Shown here: one piece after another, positions 59,335 to 60,702 of the stretch
Layout: each line of letters opens with the position of its first letter
Position numbering within the stretch: position 1 is the first letter of the stretch
From: Gemmatimonadaceae bacterium
GTDB taxonomy: Bacteria; Gemmatimonadota; Gemmatimonadetes; Gemmatimonadales; Gemmatimonadaceae
NCBI GenBank assembly: GCA_035544855.1
Contig: DASZZU010000060.1
Span: forward strand, 1 to 60,702
Reading direction: 5' to 3'
Length of the DNA: 60,702 nucleotides
The notes under the pieces: model-generated
Told to the model about the DNA's origin: nothing
What the model saw: only the letters and a program-made list of their open reading frames with translations
Databases searched by the model: none
Translations under genes and position numbers: made by a program

Positions 59335-59686
59335 GAGCCTCGGTTTTCCTCGCAGCCAGCGGCTGACGAGAGAAGCCGACCTGGAGCTGGTACGACGTGC
59401 AGGGAAGCGGATGCAAACCGAGTGTCTCGAAGCCCGGATATCTGCTTCCCTGTTGCTTCATCCGCGAGTAGGGGTGGTTGTTCCGAAGCATGGGCGGAAC
59501 ATCGTCGATCGGAACCGTACTAAACGACGTCTACGAGAATTAGTCCGGCTTCGGCTGTTGCCTGTAATCGGGCGAGTAGACCTTCTTGTGCGCGCCAAGC
59601 CTGAAGCGTACCGCTCGACTTTCGATGAACTTGCCGTCCAAGTGGATACCATTGCCAGCTGGGCAGCTGGAATCGCGGCACCCTAA
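59333..59686 (+). CDS. rnpA: RNase P protein; true start unresolved (first in-frame ATG is 59411)
   Basis: [20 protein letters not shown] (RNR motif); in-frame [13 protein letters not shown] lies upstream of the first ATG. Confidence 0.9.
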   Translation, partial: KSLGFPRSQRLTREADLELVRRAGKRMQTECLEARISASLLLHPRVGVVVPKHGRNIVDRNRTKRRLRELVRLRLLPVIGRVDLLVRAKPEAYRSTFDELAVQVDTIASWAAGIAAP

Positions 59687-59688
59687 TC

Positions 59689-59898
59689 ATGCGGTCGGTT
59701 TTCGTTCTTTTGATTCGCGGTTACCAGCTGGCAATCTCACCACTCTTTCCAGCCAGTTGCCGTTACTATCCAACGTGCTCGGCCTATGCGCTTGAAGCCT
59801 TCGAGCGACATGGGGTGATCAAAGGAATCCGACTTACAGTTGGTCGAATTCTTCGGTGTCATCCCTTTCGGCCGGGCGGCTACGATCCGGTTCCCTGA
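59689..59898 (+). CDS. yidD: Membrane protein insertion efficiency factor
   Basis: [32 protein letters not shown]. Confidence 0.96.
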   Translation: MRSVFVLLIRGYQLAISPLFPASCRYYPTCSAYALEAFERHGVIKGIRLTVGRILRCHPFRPGGYDPVP

Positions 59899-60702
59899 AT
59901 GGATAAGCGCTTCTTCCTCGCTCTGTTTCTTTCGCTCATTGTAATCGCGGTTTCGCAGCTGCTATTTCCGGCGCCAAAGCCAACTCCAGATTCTCGCGTG
60001 CCACCCGCTGGAGATTCGAGCTCTCGACTGAAGAACACCGGGGTGCCAGCGGCCGCATCATCCTCGTTGCCGAGTGCGAATCCGGCAACTGCTCCACTGG
60101 TGAGTCGAGTAAATCCCACGGCAACGCGGACAGCGGGTCAAGCAGTTGTGGAGACGACGACTGTCAACACACCGAAGGCGATTTACAAGTTCACCAACAT
60201 CGGTGCCGCGCCGGTTTCGATCGCGATGCGCGACTATCTGAACCGAACTGCCTCGGGAGGTCCGGTAGATCTGGCGGCCGAAGGCTCTCCGCTGCTCTGG
60301 TACAGGGTTGTAACGCCCAGCGACACCATCGATCTATCGAAGGTTCCATTCGTTCTTTCGCGCGCGAGAAACGCGGGAGGAGAAGAGGCGCTTACCTACG
60401 ATGCCTTGGTGAAGAACGACACAGTCTCTATCACCTATGCGATTTCACAAGACACTGCAGCGAGCTATTCCATCGGCGTCAACGGACGGGTAAAAGGGCC
60501 ATCCGGACAGGCCTACCTGCTTATTGATCTACCCAAGACACTCAGGCCTGCTGAAGCAGACACGACCGGAGATTATCGAACTCTCGCCTATAGCTTCAAA
60601 CCTGAGAAGGACCACGCGCGGAGCGTACTGTTTGGAAATCTGGAGCCTGGGGAAAAGACCTTAGAGCCAGGTCCGCTCAGCTGGGCCGCCGTCAAGAGCA
60701 AA
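59899..60702 (+). CDS. yidC: Membrane protein insertase YidC (5' part, truncated by the window edge)
   Basis: ATG 59899, MDKRFFLALFLSLIVIAVSQLLFP TM1; open to the window end (…WAAVKS); follows yidD. Confidence 0.9.
   Translation, partial: MDKRFFLALFLSLIVIAVSQLLFPAPKPTPDSRVPPAGDSSSRLKNTGVPAAASSSLPSANPATAPLVSRVNPTATRTAGQAVVETTTVNTPKAIYKFTNIGAAPVSIAMRDYLNRTASGGPVDLAAEGSPLLWYRVVTPSDTIDLSKVPFVLSRARNAGGEEALTYDALVKNDTVSITYAISQDTAASYSIGVNGRVKGPSGQAYLLIDLPKTLRPAEADTTGDYRTLAYSFKPEKDHARSVLFGNLEPGEKTLEPGPLSWAAVKSK

Noticed and set aside
1-60702. CRISPR arrays, IS elements/integrases, prophage, tRNA/rRNA, defence systems
   Set aside because: By eye I saw no spaced direct repeats, transposase/integrase motifs or cloverleaf structures, and the intergenic gaps are short. 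A tRNAscan/Infernal run would be needed to exclude these formally.

Overview
60.7 kb of GC-rich bacterial chromosome spanning the replication origin. Gene content and protein style suggest Gemmatimonadota (inference). The window holds dnaA-oriC-dnaN divergent from rpmH-rnpA-yidD-yidC, plus rnpB, parS-parA-parB, mnmG, polA, a divergent argCBD/argR-argGH cluster with ARG boxes, a serA-led four-enzyme operon, ispG, hisA, murB, pyrE, and many hydrolases and lipoproteins. I saw no mobile elements, CRISPR arrays, rRNA or tRNA. Most notable observations: (1) a thioredoxin/TlpA-like gene at the left edge whose active-site Cys codon is an in-frame TGA (DFWTYG-U-INC) followed by a SECIS-like hairpin, a likely selenoprotein missed by the ORF track; (2) an rnpA whose conserved N-terminus has no canonical start codon and overlaps the rpmH 3' end; (3) a beta-clamp-binding-like motif (QMDFF) in DnaA; (4) a protamine/histone-like K/R/S/G protein; (5) a serine operon that may couple SerA to a 2-hydroxyglutarate dehydrogenase and a non-SerC aminotransferase; (6) a Bacillus-type DnaA-trio unwinding element; (7) a Pol I with an Exo I Asp-to-Gly change; (8) repeated leaderless-type promoters. 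All calls are by eye, with no database searches.
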